This document shows, in pieces, positions 31,812-44,757 of a DNA stretch of 64,000 bases. The first letter of the stretch is position 1. Each line of letters opens with the position of its first letter. This DNA is from a plasmid. A model generated the notes under the pieces. That model worked only from the letters and a program-made list of their open reading frames with translations. It made no database searches and was not told the origin of the DNA. Where the stretch lies: sequence record NZ_CP083859.1. One strand, written 5' to 3'. The position numbers and the translations under genes were made by a program.

Positions 31812-34259
31812 TTATTTCCCGAGCCTGACACTTTTCAGACGCAACGCATTTGCAATGACGCTAACGGAGGAAAGGGCCATGGCCGCCGCCGCAATAACTG
31901 GCGACAGCAGTATTCCATACACAGGATAAAGCAGACCTGCAGCTACAGGCACCCCAAGAGCATTGTAGATAAACGCAAAAAACAGATTCTGCCGGATATT
32001 TTTCATGGTGATCTCTGACAGATGACGGGCCCTGTTGAGTATCATCAAATCGCCTTTGAGAAGGGTAACGCCAGCACTTTCTATTGCCACATCTGTACCC
32101 GTTCCCATGGCTATACCCACGTCAGCCGCTGCCAGCGCCGGGGCATCATTCACACCGTCTCCGGCCATCGCAACCACATGGCCAGACTCTTTCAGTCGGG
32201 TTATCACTGCTTTTTTGCCATCCGGCAGAATCCCGGCTTCAACCTCATCTATTCCCAGTTTCCGTGCGACTGCTTCAGCAGTAAGCTGGTTATCCCCGGT
32301 GAGCATAACAATGCGGATCCCCGCCTGACGCAAAGCTTTAAGCGCATCCGGCGTGGTTGCTTTCACGGGATCCGAGATAGCTATCAGGCCTGCAAGGTTC
32401 CCGTCTGTGGCCACATAGATAACGGTAGCGCCTTCCATCCGCAACGTATCCGCAACGGCCTTTTGATTATCAATAACGATACTGTTTTCCTGCATAGCCA
32501 GTTCATTACCAATAACAACCCGTTGACCTTCGACATCGCCTGAGACACCTTTCCCCGACGGGGCATTGAAATTACTGACGGCAGGTATCACGATCCCCTT
32601 TTCATGCGCGGCTCTGACAACAGCCATACCCAACGGATGCTGCGAACCTTTTTCCACTGCAGCTGTTACACGTAAAAGAGATATTTCCCCACCCGGACTG
32701 AGACTGATAATCCCTGTCACCGTAGGCGAACCTTCCGTGAGCGTGCCTGTTTTGTCGACAACCAGCGTGTCCACTTTTTCAAGACGCTCAAGGGCTTCGG
32801 CATTCTTGATTAACACCCCGGCCTGGGCGCCTTTGCCCACCCCCACCATTATCGACATCGGCGTGGCCAGTCCCAGCGCGCAGGGACAGGCAATAATCAG
32901 GACCGACACAGCCGCAATGAGACCGTGCGCCATCCTGGGCTCGGGCCCCCAGACAGACCAGATCAAGAAAGCAACAACCGCGATAAGTATCACCAGAGGA
33001 ACAAACCAGCCTGAAACGCTGTCTGCCATTCTCTGGATGGGGGCACGCGAACGCTGTGCATCAGCGACCATCTGAACAATTCGTGAGAGCATCGTTTCAT
33101 CACCGACTTTCTCTGCACGGATGATAAGACTACCTGTCTGATTAATCGTCCCCCCAATGACAGGGTCACCCTTCGTTTTGGTAACCGGCATAGACTCCCC
33201 GGTCACCATCGATTCATCCACGGTTGTTTTGCCTTCGATCACGATACCGTCGACCGGAATACTCTCTCCAGGTCTGATGCGGAGCTTATCGCCAGGCAGG
33301 ACATCTTCCGCATTAATATCCGTTTCATGACCGTCATGATCCAGCCGTCTGGCGGTTTTGGGGGCAAGGTTCAGAAGCGCAGTAATGGCGCCTGAGGTTT
33401 GTTCCCGTGCCCGCAGCTCAAGAACCTGTCCCAGCAGAACAAGCACCGTAATAACTGCTGCGGCTTCAAAATAAACGGCCACCAGGCCATCCATGTTTCT
33501 GAACGATGCAGGAAACCAGGAGGGGAAGACGGTTGCAATGACGCTGTAAACCCAGGCTACGCCGGTCCCCATTGCAACAAGGGTAAACATATTCAGGGAG
33601 CGGTTACGTAACGACATTCCGGCCCGGGCGAAGAATGGCCAGCCACACCACAACACGACAGGGGAGGCCAGAAGCAACTGCAGCCATGTGTTGTACTGTG
33701 GCGGTACTGTATTCCTCAAGTCGGGAAACAGATGAGATCCCATTTCGAGTACCAGAACCGGAAACGCCAGCAACAACCCCAGCCAGAAGCGTCTTGTCAT
33801 GTCGTGAAGTTCATCACTCGGCCCCGTGGATGCCGTAGCTACGAGCGGCTCCAGTGCCATTCCACAGATAGGACAGCTTCCGGGACCACAGCGGCGTATC
33901 TCCGGGTGCATCGGACATGTCCACACACCTTCAGAATTCTCTTTTTCCGCCTGGTTGTGAGGCTTTTTTATCTGATCAGGGCTGACTTCGTGATGATCGT
34001 GGTGATGGTGATGGGAATGTTCACTGGCATCTTCGGTAAAATAATGATCGGGATGGGCTTTAAATTTGCTCTCACAGCTGGCGGAGCAGAAATAAAGCTG
34101 ATGGTCCTGGTATCGAATGCTGCTGTGCGCCTTGTCAGGCAGGATGACCATCCCGCACACGGGATCTCTCACCTTATGCAATACGTGGCCCTCGTCCGGG
34201 GATAATGTCTGCTCAGAAGCAGTCTGGTTGTTGTGTTGCACTGCATTGTCATTTTTCAC
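31812..34259 (-). CDS. silP: P1B-type Ag+/Cu+ exporting ATPase SilP (GTG start)
   Basis: N-terminal TRASH/YHS Cys motif plus His-rich tract, CPC, DKTGT, GDGVND P-type motifs. Confidence 0.9.
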   Translation of the reverse strand: MKNDNAVQHNNQTASEQTLSPDEGHVLHKVRDPVCGMVILPDKAHSSIRYQDHQLYFCSASCESKFKAHPDHYFTEDASEHSHHHHHDHHEVSPDQIKKPHNQAEKENSEGVWTCPMHPEIRRCGPGSCPICGMALEPLVATASTGPSDELHDMTRRFWLGLLLAFPVLVLEMGSHLFPDLRNTVPPQYNTWLQLLLASPVVLWCGWPFFARAGMSLRNRSLNMFTLVAMGTGVAWVYSVIATVFPSWFPASFRNMDGLVAVYFEAAAVITVLVLLGQVLELRAREQTSGAITALLNLAPKTARRLDHDGHETDINAEDVLPGDKLRIRPGESIPVDGIVIEGKTTVDESMVTGESMPVTKTKGDPVIGGTINQTGSLIIRAEKVGDETMLSRIVQMVADAQRSRAPIQRMADSVSGWFVPLVILIAVVAFLIWSVWGPEPRMAHGLIAAVSVLIIACPCALGLATPMSIMVGVGKGAQAGVLIKNAEALERLEKVDTLVVDKTGTLTEGSPTVTGIISLSPGGEISLLRVTAAVEKGSQHPLGMAVVRAAHEKGIVIPAVSNFNAPSGKGVSGDVEGQRVVIGNELAMQENSIVIDNQKAVADTLRMEGATVIYVATDGNLAGLIAISDPVKATTPDALKALRQAGIRIVMLTGDNQLTAEAVARKLGIDEVEAGILPDGKKAVITRLKESGHVVAMAGDGVNDAPALAAADVGIAMGTGTDVAIESAGVTLLKGDLMILNRARHLSEITMKNIRQNLFFAFIYNALGVPVAAGLLYPVYGILLSPVIAAAAMALSSVSVIANALRLKSVRLGK

Positions 34260-34385
34260 AGTAACTCTCCTTATGCATACCGAAGCATCTTCTGTCTTCA
34301 GGGTATGTCATGGATGCGATTACCACGAATATCGCCGGCACAGGAGTGCCTGCTACCGGCGTCCCGTTATCAGCCGTTCCGCTGA

Positions 34386-34832
34386 CTATTCGATTCGCTG
34401 GAAGACTTTTTTACTTCCATCCGGTGAGAATGCGATAACATCGTAAGCCTCTTTTCGGGCTCCCATCTCCATTCCAGGACTTCCTGCTGGCATACCGGGG
34501 GTGGCGAGACCGTATATACCCGAACCAGACTGCATTGCCTTATGTATCGTTGTCGCAGGCACATGGCCTTCAATGATCAAATTACCGGCAACCGCGGTAT
34601 GACAACTTCGTAGTCCTGCAGGAACAGCATGCTTTTCTTTCAGGGCTGACAGCGCCTGATCATTCATGACGTGAGTTCGTACTTCGAACCCGTCTTTTTC
34701 CATCGCTTTGCCCCACAGGGAACAACAGCCACAGTTTTCAGATTTGTACATATCAATCACTTTTTCACTCGCCATCGCGGGTAGTGAAAGGCCGAGAGCC
34801 AGCGCCATTAGAACCACTTTTTTCATACTCAC
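34386..34832 (-). CDS. silG: DUF411 / CopG-family periplasmic metal-binding protein (silG, ORF105 position)
   Basis: Signal peptide and a CxCC motif (ENCGCCSLW). Lies between silA and silP. Confidence 0.7.
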   Translation of the reverse strand: MSMKKVVLMALALGLSLPAMASEKVIDMYKSENCGCCSLWGKAMEKDGFEVRTHVMNDQALSALKEKHAVPAGLRSCHTAVAGNLIIEGHVPATTIHKAMQSGSGIYGLATPGMPAGSPGMEMGARKEAYDVIAFSPDGSKKVFQRIE

Positions 34833-34912
34833 CTCTGTATATTATCGATATAAACCCTGACGTCAGGGTGAATCAGTAAAGAAGGACACCCACAGGGGGT
34901 GCCCTTTCAGGT

Positions 34913-37900
34913 TCAGGACACGCTTTTTTTATGTCTGCGCAGCCAGATTAATTTGTAGGCGGCAGGAATAATGAACAGGGACAGCAGCGGAGCCGTGATC
35001 ATCCCACCAATCATGGGTGCCGCAATACGGCTCATGACTTCTGAACCTGCGCCGGTTCCCCAGAGTATTGGCAGCAGACCCGCAATGATCACCGCCACGG
35101 TCATGGCTTTCGGCCGGACACGCAGTACGGCACCATGATAGAGGGCTTCATCAAGACCTTCCGGTGTGAACGTCTCTTTACGGGACAATTCCGGGTGCGC
35201 TTCAATGGCATGACGCAGATACATCAGCATGACCACGCCAAACTCTGCTGCCACCCCGGCCAGGGCGATAAACCCGGTTCCGGTCGCCACTGACATATGG
35301 AAGCCCTGCCAGTACAGGAACCATATTCCGCCAACCAGGGCGAACGGCAGGCTCATCAGGATCAGCAGGGCTTCGTCAACCCGGCGGAATGCCAGATACA
35401 ACAGGATGAAAATGATCATCACCGTCATCGGCACCATCAGCTTCAGTTTCTTGTTGGCATGCTCAAGCAGTTCAAACTGTCCGGAGAATGCCACACTGGT
35501 TCCCGGTCTCAGTTTCACTTTCTCGCTGATGGCCGTCTTAATGTCGTTAACCACCGACACCATGTCCCTGCCGCGGGCATCAACATAAATCCAGCTGGCT
35601 GGCCGGGCATTTTCGGTTTTCAGCATGGTTGGTCCAGAAACGACGTTAATATCCGCGACATCGCCCAGCGTGATCTGCTGCTTCATCGGGGTCAGGATCG
35701 GCATCTGTTTCAGCGCCTGCGGACTGTTCCGGTAATCCTGCGGGTAGCGAATGTTAATAGGGTACCGGGCCACCCCTTCAACCGTCTCACCCACCATAGC
35801 ACCTCCGATTGCTGAAGAGACGAACAGCTGGACATCACCTACCGTCATCCCGTAGCGGGAGGCTTTCTCCCGGTTGATATCGATATCGATGTAGCGCCCG
35901 CCCTCAAGTCGCTCAGCCAGGACAGACACCACGCCAGGCACGGTTTTGGCTACCGCCTCGATACTCTGCGCCGTCGCGTCGATATCGGACAGAACAGTCC
36001 CGGACACTTTGATACCTATCGGGCTTTTGATCCCGGTTGAGAGCATATCAATACGGTTACGGATAGGCGGCACCCAGAGGTTTGCCAGACCCGGTAAACG
36101 GACTGTCCTGTCGAGTTCATCAATAATCTTGTCAATTGTCATGCCGGGACGCCACTGATCCTCAGGTTTGAGCTGGATCGTGGTTTCCACCATTTCGAGC
36201 GGCGCGGAATCCGTTGCGGTCTCTGCTTTACCGGTCTTGCCAAATACAGAAGCCACTTCAGGAACGCTTTTGATTAACTTGTCTGTTGTCTGCAGGAGCG
36301 CTGCAGCTTCTGCCGGAGAGACGCCAGGCAAGGTCGACGGCATATACAGCAGATCGCCCTCGTTAATCTTCGGCAGAAATTCACCGCCCACCTGACTCAG
36401 TGGCCAGATAACCGTGAAAATGGACAAGGCCGCAACCAGCAGGGTTGTTTTTGGCCAGTGGAGGACCCGCAGCAGCAAAGGATGATACGCTTTGATCAGC
36501 ACCCGGTTCAGGGGGTTACTTGTCTCGGCAGGAATTTTCCCCCGGATCCAGAATCCCATCAGAATAGGAATGACGATGATGGCCAGTGCGGCCGCTCCCG
36601 CCATGGAGTACGTTTTCGTGAATGCCAGCGGGCCAAACAGACGACCTTCCTGCCCTTCCAGGGTAAAGATAGGAATAAAGGACAGGGTGATGATCAGCAG
36701 GCTAATGAACAACGCGGGTCCCACTTCCACGGAGGCGTCGGTAATCACCTTCCAGCGGGTGGCGTTGTCAATCTGCTCACCCGGATGCTGATGATCCCAC
36801 TCCTCAAGCCGTTTGTGCGCATTTTCAATCATCACAATGGCGGCATCCACCATCGCACCGACGGCAATCGCTATCCCTCCCAGCGACATGATATTGGCGT
36901 TCAGTCCCTGGAAGTGCATGACGATAAAGGCGATACACAGGCCAAGCGGCAGAGAGATAATCGCCACCAGGGCAGAACGTACGTGCCACAGGAACAGAGC
37001 ACAGACGATGGCCACCACGATAAACTCTTCCAGAAGTTTGGAACTGAGGTTATCAATCGCCCGGTCGATTAACTGGCTGCGATCGTAGGTGGTCACGATT
37101 TCAACGCCTTCCGGCAGGCTGGCCTTCAGCGTCTCCAGTTTATCCCTCACTGCCGTGATAACGTCGCGCGCATTTTTACCCGACCGCAGGATCACCACGC
37201 CGCCAGCGACTTCTCCCTGGCCGTTCAGCTCGGCAATACCACGCCTCATTTCGGGCCCGGTCTGCACGCGGGCAACATCCCGCAGATAAACCGGCACGCC
37301 GTTCTCACCTGTTTTCAGGACGATGTTATTAAAATCATCAATGCTCTGAAGATAACCGCTGGCACGGACCATATACTCCGCTTCGGCCATTTCAACGGAT
37401 GAGCCACCGGCCTCCTGGTTAGACGATTCAAGTGCCTGTTTCACTTCGGGCAGGCTGATACCGTACTGGGACAGTTTTACCGGATTGACCTGAATCTGGT
37501 ACTGTTTCACCACGCCGCCAACCGAAGCGACCTCAGCCACGTTCGGGATGGTTTTCAGCTCAAATTTCAGGAACCAGTCCTGCAGAGAGCGCAGTTCTGA
37601 AAGGTCGTGTTTTCCGTTGCGATCGACAAGGGCATATTCAAATATCCAGCCCACTCCCGTGGCGTCCGGGCCGATTTCAGAGCTCACACCCGCAGGCAGT
37701 TTGCCCTGAACCTGATTCAGGTATTCCAGCACGCGCGAACGGGCCCAGTACAGATCGGTGCCGTCTTCAAAAATGACATACACATACGAATCACCAAACT
37801 GTGAAAAGCCACGCACGGTTTTTGCGCCAGGTACGGACAGCATGGTGGTGGTAAGCGGATAGGTGACCTGGTTTTCTACAATCTGCGGGGCCTGTCCGGG

Positions 37901-38059
37901 ATAGCTGGTTTTAATAATGACCTGCACATCTGACAGGTCAGGCAGCGCATCGACCGGCGTGTTAATTATCGTCCATGTGCCCCAGATGCTGAGAAACAGT
38001 GCGCCCATCATGACCAGGAAACGGTTGGCGACAGAGCGCCGGATAATCCATTCAATCAT
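34913..38059 (-). CDS. silA: RND efflux pump SilA (CusA homologue)
   Basis: 1048 aa, 12-TM RND architecture, CusA-like N-terminus [23 protein letters not shown]. Confidence 0.95.
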   Translation of the reverse strand: MIEWIIRRSVANRFLVMMGALFLSIWGTWTIINTPVDALPDLSDVQVIIKTSYPGQAPQIVENQVTYPLTTTMLSVPGAKTVRGFSQFGDSYVYVIFEDGTDLYWARSRVLEYLNQVQGKLPAGVSSEIGPDATGVGWIFEYALVDRNGKHDLSELRSLQDWFLKFELKTIPNVAEVASVGGVVKQYQIQVNPVKLSQYGISLPEVKQALESSNQEAGGSSVEMAEAEYMVRASGYLQSIDDFNNIVLKTGENGVPVYLRDVARVQTGPEMRRGIAELNGQGEVAGGVVILRSGKNARDVITAVRDKLETLKASLPEGVEIVTTYDRSQLIDRAIDNLSSKLLEEFIVVAIVCALFLWHVRSALVAIISLPLGLCIAFIVMHFQGLNANIMSLGGIAIAVGAMVDAAIVMIENAHKRLEEWDHQHPGEQIDNATRWKVITDASVEVGPALFISLLIITLSFIPIFTLEGQEGRLFGPLAFTKTYSMAGAAALAIIVIPILMGFWIRGKIPAETSNPLNRVLIKAYHPLLLRVLHWPKTTLLVAALSIFTVIWPLSQVGGEFLPKINEGDLLYMPSTLPGVSPAEAAALLQTTDKLIKSVPEVASVFGKTGKAETATDSAPLEMVETTIQLKPEDQWRPGMTIDKIIDELDRTVRLPGLANLWVPPIRNRIDMLSTGIKSPIGIKVSGTVLSDIDATAQSIEAVAKTVPGVVSVLAERLEGGRYIDIDINREKASRYGMTVGDVQLFVSSAIGGAMVGETVEGVARYPINIRYPQDYRNSPQALKQMPILTPMKQQITLGDVADINVVSGPTMLKTENARPASWIYVDARGRDMVSVVNDIKTAISEKVKLRPGTSVAFSGQFELLEHANKKLKLMVPMTVMIIFILLYLAFRRVDEALLILMSLPFALVGGIWFLYWQGFHMSVATGTGFIALAGVAAEFGVVMLMYLRHAIEAHPELSRKETFTPEGLDEALYHGAVLRVRPKAMTVAVIIAGLLPILWGTGAGSEVMSRIAAPMIGGMITAPLLSLFIIPAAYKLIWLRRHKKSVS

Positions 38060-38069
38060 CGTCGTCTCC

Positions 38070-39362
38070 TCAGTGCCCTGAATGCATATTTACAGGCTGC
38101 TCAGACATTGCTGGCATACTGTTTTCTGTTTTTTCAGGGTGGCGCATACGTTCCAGCGCGCCCGTAATATTGGCTTCGGAGTCAATGAGGAACAGGCCAC
38201 TGACCACCACGGTATCGCCTTCATTCAGGCCGGAGCCAATGCCGGACTGTTGCTGTGATTCATGCAGAACGTGGATCTGTTTCGGCACAAACTTGCCTTC
38301 ATCATCAACAGTAATCACGCGCTGTTCTTTGCCGGTATCGATAACGGCCTGGCTTGGTATCAGCAGCATCTCCTGGCTCTTGGTATTCAGTTTCAGATAG
38401 GCATTCATGCCCGGCTTGAGAAACTCATCCTTATTAGAAACCTGGAGACGGACCTGAAGCGTACGGGTTGTCTGATCCACGCTGGGAAGAATGTTCCATT
38501 TTTCGACATGGAATGTTTTATCCGGATAAGCCGGTACCGAAATTTCAAACTGCGACGTATCTTTCAGCAGATAGGCGATAGATTCTGGCACTGCAGCGCT
38601 GATCCAGACCGGGTCCATCCCCTGAATCTGAGCCACTACTTTATCTTTCGAAATATTCATTCCGGTGCGCAGGTCAAACGCAGTAATGACACCATCAATA
38701 GGTGCTTTAATGGTAAAACGGGTCTGGATTGTGCGGGTTGAACGCAGCCTTTGAATATCCTCTTCCGGCATACCAGCCAGACGAAGTCGCTCCAGAACCC
38801 CTTTTATCTGGGTTGACGTACCGCCTGTACCGGATAACAGCAGGAACTCACTTTGTGCCTCAACCCATTCAGGAATGGTGATATCGATAAGCGGAGTGCC
38901 TTTCTTCACATGATCGCCAATCGTCAGGGGATACACTTTTTCGACGAAACCGTCAGAACGCGCCTGCACAATGACAAACTGATACTCGTTGTAACTGACA
39001 TTAGCCGGGATTGTCTGGGAATAATTCAGCATTCCTCGCGTAACTTTTTGCGTTTTTAATCCCAGATTCTGAACCTGGGTTGGATCGATACGGATCCCGC
39101 CACTGCTTTTATCGCCACTTTCATCAGCATATTTCGGCACCAGGTCCATATCCATAAAGGGAGATTTTCCGGGTTTATCAAATTTGGTATCCGGTTTCAT
39201 CGGGTCATACCAGAAAAGTACCTTTCGCTCCGGTGCCTTTTGTTCGGTTTGTACTGTTTTTTGTGATGAGTTTACATACTGCCAGGCAGTAACCGATATC
39301 AGCCCCCCTGCTATGAGGCTGCTGATAATTATTGCAGCATATTTTATCTTTAAAGAAGCCAT
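38070..39362 (-). CDS. silB: Membrane fusion protein SilB (CusB homologue)
   Basis: 430 aa periplasmic adaptor. 10-bp gap to silA. Confidence 0.9.
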   Translation of the reverse strand: MASLKIKYAAIIISSLIAGGLISVTAWQYVNSSQKTVQTEQKAPERKVLFWYDPMKPDTKFDKPGKSPFMDMDLVPKYADESGDKSSGGIRIDPTQVQNLGLKTQKVTRGMLNYSQTIPANVSYNEYQFVIVQARSDGFVEKVYPLTIGDHVKKGTPLIDITIPEWVEAQSEFLLLSGTGGTSTQIKGVLERLRLAGMPEEDIQRLRSTRTIQTRFTIKAPIDGVITAFDLRTGMNISKDKVVAQIQGMDPVWISAAVPESIAYLLKDTSQFEISVPAYPDKTFHVEKWNILPSVDQTTRTLQVRLQVSNKDEFLKPGMNAYLKLNTKSQEMLLIPSQAVIDTGKEQRVITVDDEGKFVPKQIHVLHESQQQSGIGSGLNEGDTVVVSGLFLIDSEANITGALERMRHPEKTENSMPAMSEQPVNMHSGH

Positions 39363-39475
39363 ACAATTTCTCGCTGAAAAATCAAAACACCTGGCATATG
39401 CGCCCGATCATTCATTCACAGTAATCCCTTAATGAATGTTCAGGCGCACTGGATGTATTCGCTCCGGACTGATAA

Positions 39476-39829
39476 TCAGGATTGCGTAACGTTAATGCTT
39501 TTGAGTAAGGAGATATTGCCCTGCTGAATAAACGAGAAATCGACATGGTTGCCGGTTTTCAGGGCATTGATAGCGTCGTCTGCATTAACAAAAGTGAAGC
39601 GCATGGTCATTGCAGGCCAGCCCACAGCAGGGATTGCTTCGTGCGAAATGGTAATCTTTTTACTATTCATATCAATGTCTTTAACGACACCGGTGCCCTT
39701 GATAACCTGCTGTACCGAAGCATCACTGGCAGCATTCATATCGCCATGCTGATGTGTTTCAGCATGAAGACCGGCAGAAAACATGACAGAGAAGGCACCA
39801 AATAAAACGGCTTTAAGTGAATTACGCAT
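39476..39829 (-). CDS. silF: Periplasmic metallochaperone SilF (CusF homologue)
   Basis: Signal peptide plus a CusF-like fold with a H..M..M motif. Confidence 0.85.
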   Translation of the reverse strand: MRNSLKAVLFGAFSVMFSAGLHAETHQHGDMNAASDASVQQVIKGTGVVKDIDMNSKKITISHEAIPAVGWPAMTMRFTFVNADDAINALKTGNHVDFSFIQQGNISLLKSINVTQS

Positions 39830-39857
39830 TTTTAATTTCCTGATTAATTAAATAAAT

Positions 39858-41243
39858 TTACTCTACCCAACCGCCACCCAGCGCGGTAAACAGATTAATT
39901 TCGTTAACCTGTCGGGAATAGGTAAGATCGAGAATGGTTTGCTGCGTAGCGAAGAGGGAACGTTCTGCATCCAGCACTTCGATGTAACTGACAGCACCAC
40001 TTGCATATAATCCTCTGGCACGCTGGAGAGTTATCTGAAGTGAATCAAGATAACGCTGCTGTGACTCAAGTTGCTGGCTAAGGCTGTCGCGCAGCGCAAG
40101 CGTGTCGGAAACATCCTTAAAGGCTGACTGAATTTTTTGTTCGTAATTAACCACCGATTGTTGCTGGCGAATTTCAGCCAGCTTCAGATTGGCTTTATTC
40201 CTGCCAGCATTAAAAATAGGAATTTCAATTTTAGGGATAAAATTCCACATTCCACTTCCTGACGTAAACAGGCTTGACAGCTCCGTACTGCTTGCGGAAA
40301 GACCACTGGTCAGGGTAATGGAGGGGAAAAAGGCCGCTCGCGCTGCGCCAATATTGGCATCAGCCGCTTTCAGCTGATATTCCGCTTCCATAATATCCGG
40401 TCGCTGCAGCAAAATTTGTGAAGATAGATTTGGTGGCAATTTTACTGGTGCGATCTCCCCGCCTTTCATCCCTTTTTCTGACGGAAGTGCGCGGTACGTT
40501 CCCAGCACCAGTTGCAGGGCATTGTTTGCCTGAGCCAGATCGCCTTCTCGTTTGGCTATTTCGGCGCGGGTACTTTCGATTTGTCCTCTCGCCTGTTCAA
40601 GTGCCAGAACGTTCGTACTCCCGGTCACGAGCTGTTGCTCAACGAAAGCATAGGACTGTTCATAATTTTTCAGCGTTTCCCGCGCAATACGGAGTTGTTC
40701 GTACGCCAGTTGCTGGCTGAAATAGCTCTGTGAAACGTTGGAGACCAGCAGGATGTGTACGGCACGACGGGCTTCTTCGCTGGCAAAGTAGTTCTGGCGA
40801 TCAGCCTCACTCATGTTCTTAAGTTTGCCAAAAAAATCGAGCTCATAGCTGAGCTCCAGACCCGCGTCGTACTCCTGTGTGGTCGGCTTGTCACCTTTCA
40901 GACCACCGTTGTATGTGATCCCGGATGAGGCATTCAGTTGGGGATAACGATCTGCATCCGTGACGTTGAACTGGGCCCGGGCCTCTTCAACCTTCAGGGC
41001 AGCCATTCTCAAATCACGGTTATTATTCAGGGCTTCACCGATCAGCCTGCTGACCTGGGGATCGACAAAAAAGTTTCGCCAGCCCGTATCCTGATAGCTG
41101 TTTACCGCAGGCGTCAGACTGTTTTTAGACAATGAAAACTGCTGGGGAACCGGAGCTGGCGGACGCTGATATTCAGGTGCCAGAGAAACACAACCAGCCA
41201 GGATGAATATGGTACTGATGCTGAGTAATTTTAATTTGAACAT
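39858..41243 (-). CDS. silC: Outer-membrane factor lipoprotein SilC (CusC homologue)
   Basis: True start MFKLKLLSISTIFILAGC (lipobox LAGC). The 52-aa N-terminal extension in the ORF track is not real. Confidence 0.9.
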   Translation of the reverse strand: MFKLKLLSISTIFILAGCVSLAPEYQRPPAPVPQQFSLSKNSLTPAVNSYQDTGWRNFFVDPQVSRLIGEALNNNRDLRMAALKVEEARAQFNVTDADRYPQLNASSGITYNGGLKGDKPTTQEYDAGLELSYELDFFGKLKNMSEADRQNYFASEEARRAVHILLVSNVSQSYFSQQLAYEQLRIARETLKNYEQSYAFVEQQLVTGSTNVLALEQARGQIESTRAEIAKREGDLAQANNALQLVLGTYRALPSEKGMKGGEIAPVKLPPNLSSQILLQRPDIMEAEYQLKAADANIGAARAAFFPSITLTSGLSASSTELSSLFTSGSGMWNFIPKIEIPIFNAGRNKANLKLAEIRQQQSVVNYEQKIQSAFKDVSDTLALRDSLSQQLESQQRYLDSLQITLQRARGLYASGAVSYIEVLDAERSLFATQQTILDLTYSRQVNEINLFTALGGGWVE

Positions 41244-41346
41244 AACGCTTCTCGTACAGGCAGACCTGGTAAATGGTTCAAACGAAGTCCAGAGTATTGA
41301 TAGGGATACTTTACCGAACGCTCTCTGTTTGCCGGGTGACAGGATA

Positions 41347-41362
41347 ATGACAATGTTGTCAT
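41347..41362. promoter_or_regulatory. SilR/CusR box (ATGACAAtgTTGTCAT) in the silC-silR divergent intergenic region
   Basis: Perfect 7-2-7 palindrome matching the CusR-box consensus AAAATGACAAnnTTGTCATTTT. Confidence 0.65.
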
Positions 41363-41429
41363 TTTTGCTGTAATCCGTTGATAACGATCGTGGGCGCAAT
41401 AAAATGACATTAGCAGCCAGCCGGGGAGC

Positions 41430-42113
41430 ATGATGAAAATATTAATCGTTGAAGACGAAATTAAAACAGGTGAATATCTCAGCAAGGGGCTGACAGAGGC
41501 GGGGTTCGTCGTGGATCACGCTGATAATGGTCTGACCGGATATCATCTTGCCATGACAGCCGAGTATGATTTAGTCATCCTGGATATCATGCTGCCTGAT
41601 GTAAACGGCTGGGATATCATCCGTATGCTGCGCAGTGCCGGAAAGGGGATGCCGGTATTACTGCTGACGGCCCTTGGCACGATTGAACACAGGGTCAAAG
41701 GACTTGAGCTGGGTGCGGACGATTATCTGGTGAAGCCCTTTGCGTTTGCTGAACTGCTCGCCCGGGTAAGAACCCTCCTCAGGCGGGGAAACACGATGAT
41801 CACGGAAAGCCAGCTTAAAGTGGCTGACCTCTCGGTTGATCTCGTATCCAGAAAAGTCAGCCGCGCCGGGAACCGCATTGTGCTCACCAGTAAAGAGTTC
41901 AGCTTGCTGGAATTCTTCATTCGCCATCAGGGAGAAGTTCTTCCCCGCTCCCTGATTGCCTCTCAGGTCTGGGACATGAATTTTGACAGCGACACTAACG
42001 CGATTGATGTCGCAGTAAAGCGACTCCGCGCTAAAATAGACAACGATTACGGGACAAAACTGATCCAGACAGTGCGGGGCGTGGGCTACATGCTGGAGAT
42101 CCCGGATGCATAG
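41430..42113 (+). CDS. silR: Response regulator SilR (CusR homologue)
   Basis: OmpR-family receiver plus winged helix. Paralogue of pcoR. Confidence 0.9.
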   Translation: MMKILIVEDEIKTGEYLSKGLTEAGFVVDHADNGLTGYHLAMTAEYDLVILDIMLPDVNGWDIIRMLRSAGKGMPVLLLTALGTIEHRVKGLELGADDYLVKPFAFAELLARVRTLLRRGNTMITESQLKVADLSVDLVSRKVSRAGNRIVLTSKEFSLLEFFIRHQGEVLPRSLIASQVWDMNFDSDTNAIDVAVKRLRAKIDNDYGTKLIQTVRGVGYMLEIPDA

Positions 42114-43581
42114 CAAACCGTCCAGACGACCTTTCTCACTCGCTCTGCGGCTGACCTTTTTTATCAGCCTGTCCACAATACTGGCGTTTATCGCCTTCAC
42201 CTGGTTTATGCTGCATTCTGTTGAAAAGCATTTTGCCGAGCAGGATGTCAGCGATCTGCAACAAATCAGCACCACACTGAGCCGTATACTCCAGTCCCCG
42301 GCAGATCCGGATGAAAAAAAAGTAAGCAAAATAAAGGAATCAATTGCCAGCTACCGCAACGTTGCCCTTTTGCTCCTCAATCCCAGGGGTGAAGTGCTCT
42401 TGAGCTCAGCTCAGGGGGCGGCACTACGCCCGGCAGTGAATTCAGCAGATTTTAGCGAGCACAGCCGCGCACGGGATGTCTTTCTCTGGACGGTGGAGGA
42501 TCCTGCGGGACCGATGGATACCGGGTCCGGAATGAAGATGGAAACATACCGGATTATCGCCTCCTCTGGCCAGGCGATATTTCAGGGCAAACAGCAGAAC
42601 TATGTCATGCTGACTGGCCTCTCCATTAATTTCCATCTCCATTACCTTGATGCGCTGAAAAAAAATCTGATTGCAATCGCTGTTGTGATAAGCCTGCTGA
42701 TTGTTCTGATCATTCGCATCGCTGTCCGTCAGGGGCATCTGCCCCTTCGTAATGTCAGCAATGCCATTAAAAGCATCACCTCCGAGAATCTTGATGCGCG
42801 GCTGGAACCGACACGGGTTCCCATTGAGCTGGAGCAACTGGTTATCTCGTTCAATCATATGATTGGAAAGATTGAGGATGTCTTTACCCGCCAGGCCAAT
42901 TTCTCTGCCGATATCGCGCACGAGATCAGAACGCCCATCACCAATCTGGTGACACAGACTGAAATCGCGCTGAGTCAGGATCGAACCCAGAAGGAACTTG
43001 AGGATGTCCTCTACTCCAGCCTGGAAGAGTATAACCGGATGACCAAAATGGTCAGCGACATGCTGTTCCTGGCGCAGGCAGACAATAATCAGCTGATACC
43101 TGACAGGGTCATGTTTGACCTCAGAGCGGAAGTCATGAAAGTCTTCGAGTTTTTCGAAGCCTGGGCCGAAGAACGCAATATCACGCTCAAATTTGACGGG
43201 ATGCCCTGCCTGGTTGAGGGAGATCCACAAATGTTCAGAAGGGCGATCAATAATCTGTTATCCAATGCCCTGCGTTATACCCCGGAGGGACAGGCAATCA
43301 CCGTCTCAATAAGAGAGCAGGAGAGCTTTTTTGACCTTGTGATTGAAAATCCGGGGAAACCGATCCCTGAAGAACATTTATCAAGGCTGTTTGACCGTTT
43401 TTATCGGGTGGATCCATCCAGACAACGAAAAGGAGAAGGCAGCGGCATCGGCCTTGCGATTGTGAAGTCAATCGTGGAAGCACATCACGGAAGAGTGCAG
43501 GTGGAATCAGACGTACGCTCCACGCGTTTTATCTTATCCGTGCCCAGACTGGAGAAAATGATCCCGGAAACCCAATGCTGA
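42106..43581 (+). CDS. silS: Sensor histidine kinase SilS (CusS homologue)
   Basis: Two-TM periplasmic sensor, H-box DIAHEIRTP, ATPase domain. Overlaps silR by 8 bp. Confidence 0.9.
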   Translation: MHSKPSRRPFSLALRLTFFISLSTILAFIAFTWFMLHSVEKHFAEQDVSDLQQISTTLSRILQSPADPDEKKVSKIKESIASYRNVALLLLNPRGEVLLSSAQGAALRPAVNSADFSEHSRARDVFLWTVEDPAGPMDTGSGMKMETYRIIASSGQAIFQGKQQNYVMLTGLSINFHLHYLDALKKNLIAIAVVISLLIVLIIRIAVRQGHLPLRNVSNAIKSITSENLDARLEPTRVPIELEQLVISFNHMIGKIEDVFTRQANFSADIAHEIRTPITNLVTQTEIALSQDRTQKELEDVLYSSLEEYNRMTKMVSDMLFLAQADNNQLIPDRVMFDLRAEVMKVFEFFEAWAEERNITLKFDGMPCLVEGDPQMFRRAINNLLSNALRYTPEGQAITVSIREQESFFDLVIENPGKPIPEEHLSRLFDRFYRVDPSRQRKGEGSGIGLAIVKSIVEAHHGRVQVESDVRSTRFILSVPRLEKMIPETQC

Positions 43582-43831
43582 AAATAAAGATGTAAATGAC
43601 AAAGATGTCATTAGCCTGTCATGCAGCAAACAGAAGCCATTCGATATAATTAGTGCAACTTATCAGGAAGGCTGGATTGCTTCATCAATACCCGGCGTCA
43701 GAGTACGCCAGGAAATGAATATCCAGCCCTCTTCCGGAGAAATAAACGCTGCCGAACTTGTTTCAGTTATGGAACTGAAAACACCGGTTGTACTTCCCCG
43801 GACATCACTAATTCAGAAATGGAGAGTTATC

Positions 43832-44263
43832 ATGAAAAATATCGTATTAGCATCTTTGCTGGGCTTTGGTTTAATTTCATCGGCCTGGGCCACTGAAACC
43901 GTGAATATCCATGATCGCGTCAACAATGCACAGGCTCCTGCTCACCAGATGCAGTCTGCTGCGGCTCCTGTCGGGATCCAGGGGACTGCTCCTCGTATGA
44001 CCGGTATGGACCAGCATGAACAGGCCATTATTGCTCATGAAACCATGACGAACGGCTCGGCGGATGCGCACCAGAAAATGGTGGAAAGTCATCAGAAGAT
44101 GATGGGAAATAACACGGTATCCACGACCGTCCCGTCAACGTCTTACGCGGCGATGAATGAGCATGAAAGAGCAGCGGTTGCCCATGAATTCATGAATAAC
44201 GGGCAATCCGGCCCACATCAGGCCATGGCCGAAGCGCACCGCCGCATGATCAATGCAGGCTGA
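43832..44263 (+). CDS. silE: Periplasmic silver-binding protein SilE
   Basis: MKNIVLASLLGFGLISSAWATETVNIHDRVNNAQAPAHQMQS... matches SilE almost residue for residue. RBS GGAGAG. The ORF-track start at 43715 is an extension. Confidence 0.9.
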   Translation: MKNIVLASLLGFGLISSAWATETVNIHDRVNNAQAPAHQMQSAAAPVGIQGTAPRMTGMDQHEQAIIAHETMTNGSADAHQKMVESHQKMMGNNTVSTTVPSTSYAAMNEHERAAVAHEFMNNGQSGPHQAMAEAHRRMINAG

Positions 44264-44406
44264 ATGCGACGGTAGTATCCGTGCTGTTACCTTTTCCCTG
44301 ATAGATTTTCCTGAAACAACGTTGCTACATTTTTGCCCCCCGTCAGGGGGCTTTTTTGTCTGACTCAGCTACACTTAACCGGTACCTGTCTGAAAGGAAT
44401 TATTAT

Positions 44407-44757
44407 ATGAAAATCAAAAACACCCTTTTTGTAATATTAATGTTATCCCTGCCAGCCATTTCTGCTGAACATTCGGAAATGAAAATGTCAGATATGCACT
44501 CATCGGCATCATCACAGGAATATATGGCTGGCATGAAAAATATGCATGAAAAAATGATGGCCGCCGTTAATGAATCCAATCCCGATAAGGCCTTTGCAAA
44601 AGGTATGATCGCACACCATGAAGGGGCAATCGCAATGGCTGAGACCGAGCTCAAATACGGAAAAGATCCCGAAATGAGAAAGCTTGCGCAGGACATCATT
44701 AAAGCTCAAAAAGGTGAAATTGAGCAGATGAATAAATGGCTTGACAGTCATAAATAA
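44407..44757 (+). CDS. DUF305-family periplasmic protein (copper-resistance associated)
   Basis: Signal peptide MKIKNTLFVILMLSLPAISA, HHEGAI motif, four-helix-bundle-like repeats. Confidence 0.6.
   Translation: MKIKNTLFVILMLSLPAISAEHSEMKMSDMHSSASSQEYMAGMKNMHEKMMAAVNESNPDKAFAKGMIAHHEGAIAMAETELKYGKDPEMRKLAQDIIKAQKGEIEQMNKWLDSHK

Noticed and set aside
35229-37289. Several 65-200-aa plus-strand ORFs inside silA
   Set aside because: All are antisense to the 1048-aa RND pump gene and have low-complexity His/Arg/Gln-rich translations.
39858-41399. 513-aa silC ORF, 491-aa-track silE start at 43715, pcoE2 start at 23448
   Set aside because: These upstream extensions precede clear signal-peptide or lipobox starts with good RBSs. 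The starts were trimmed to 41243, 43832 and 23415.
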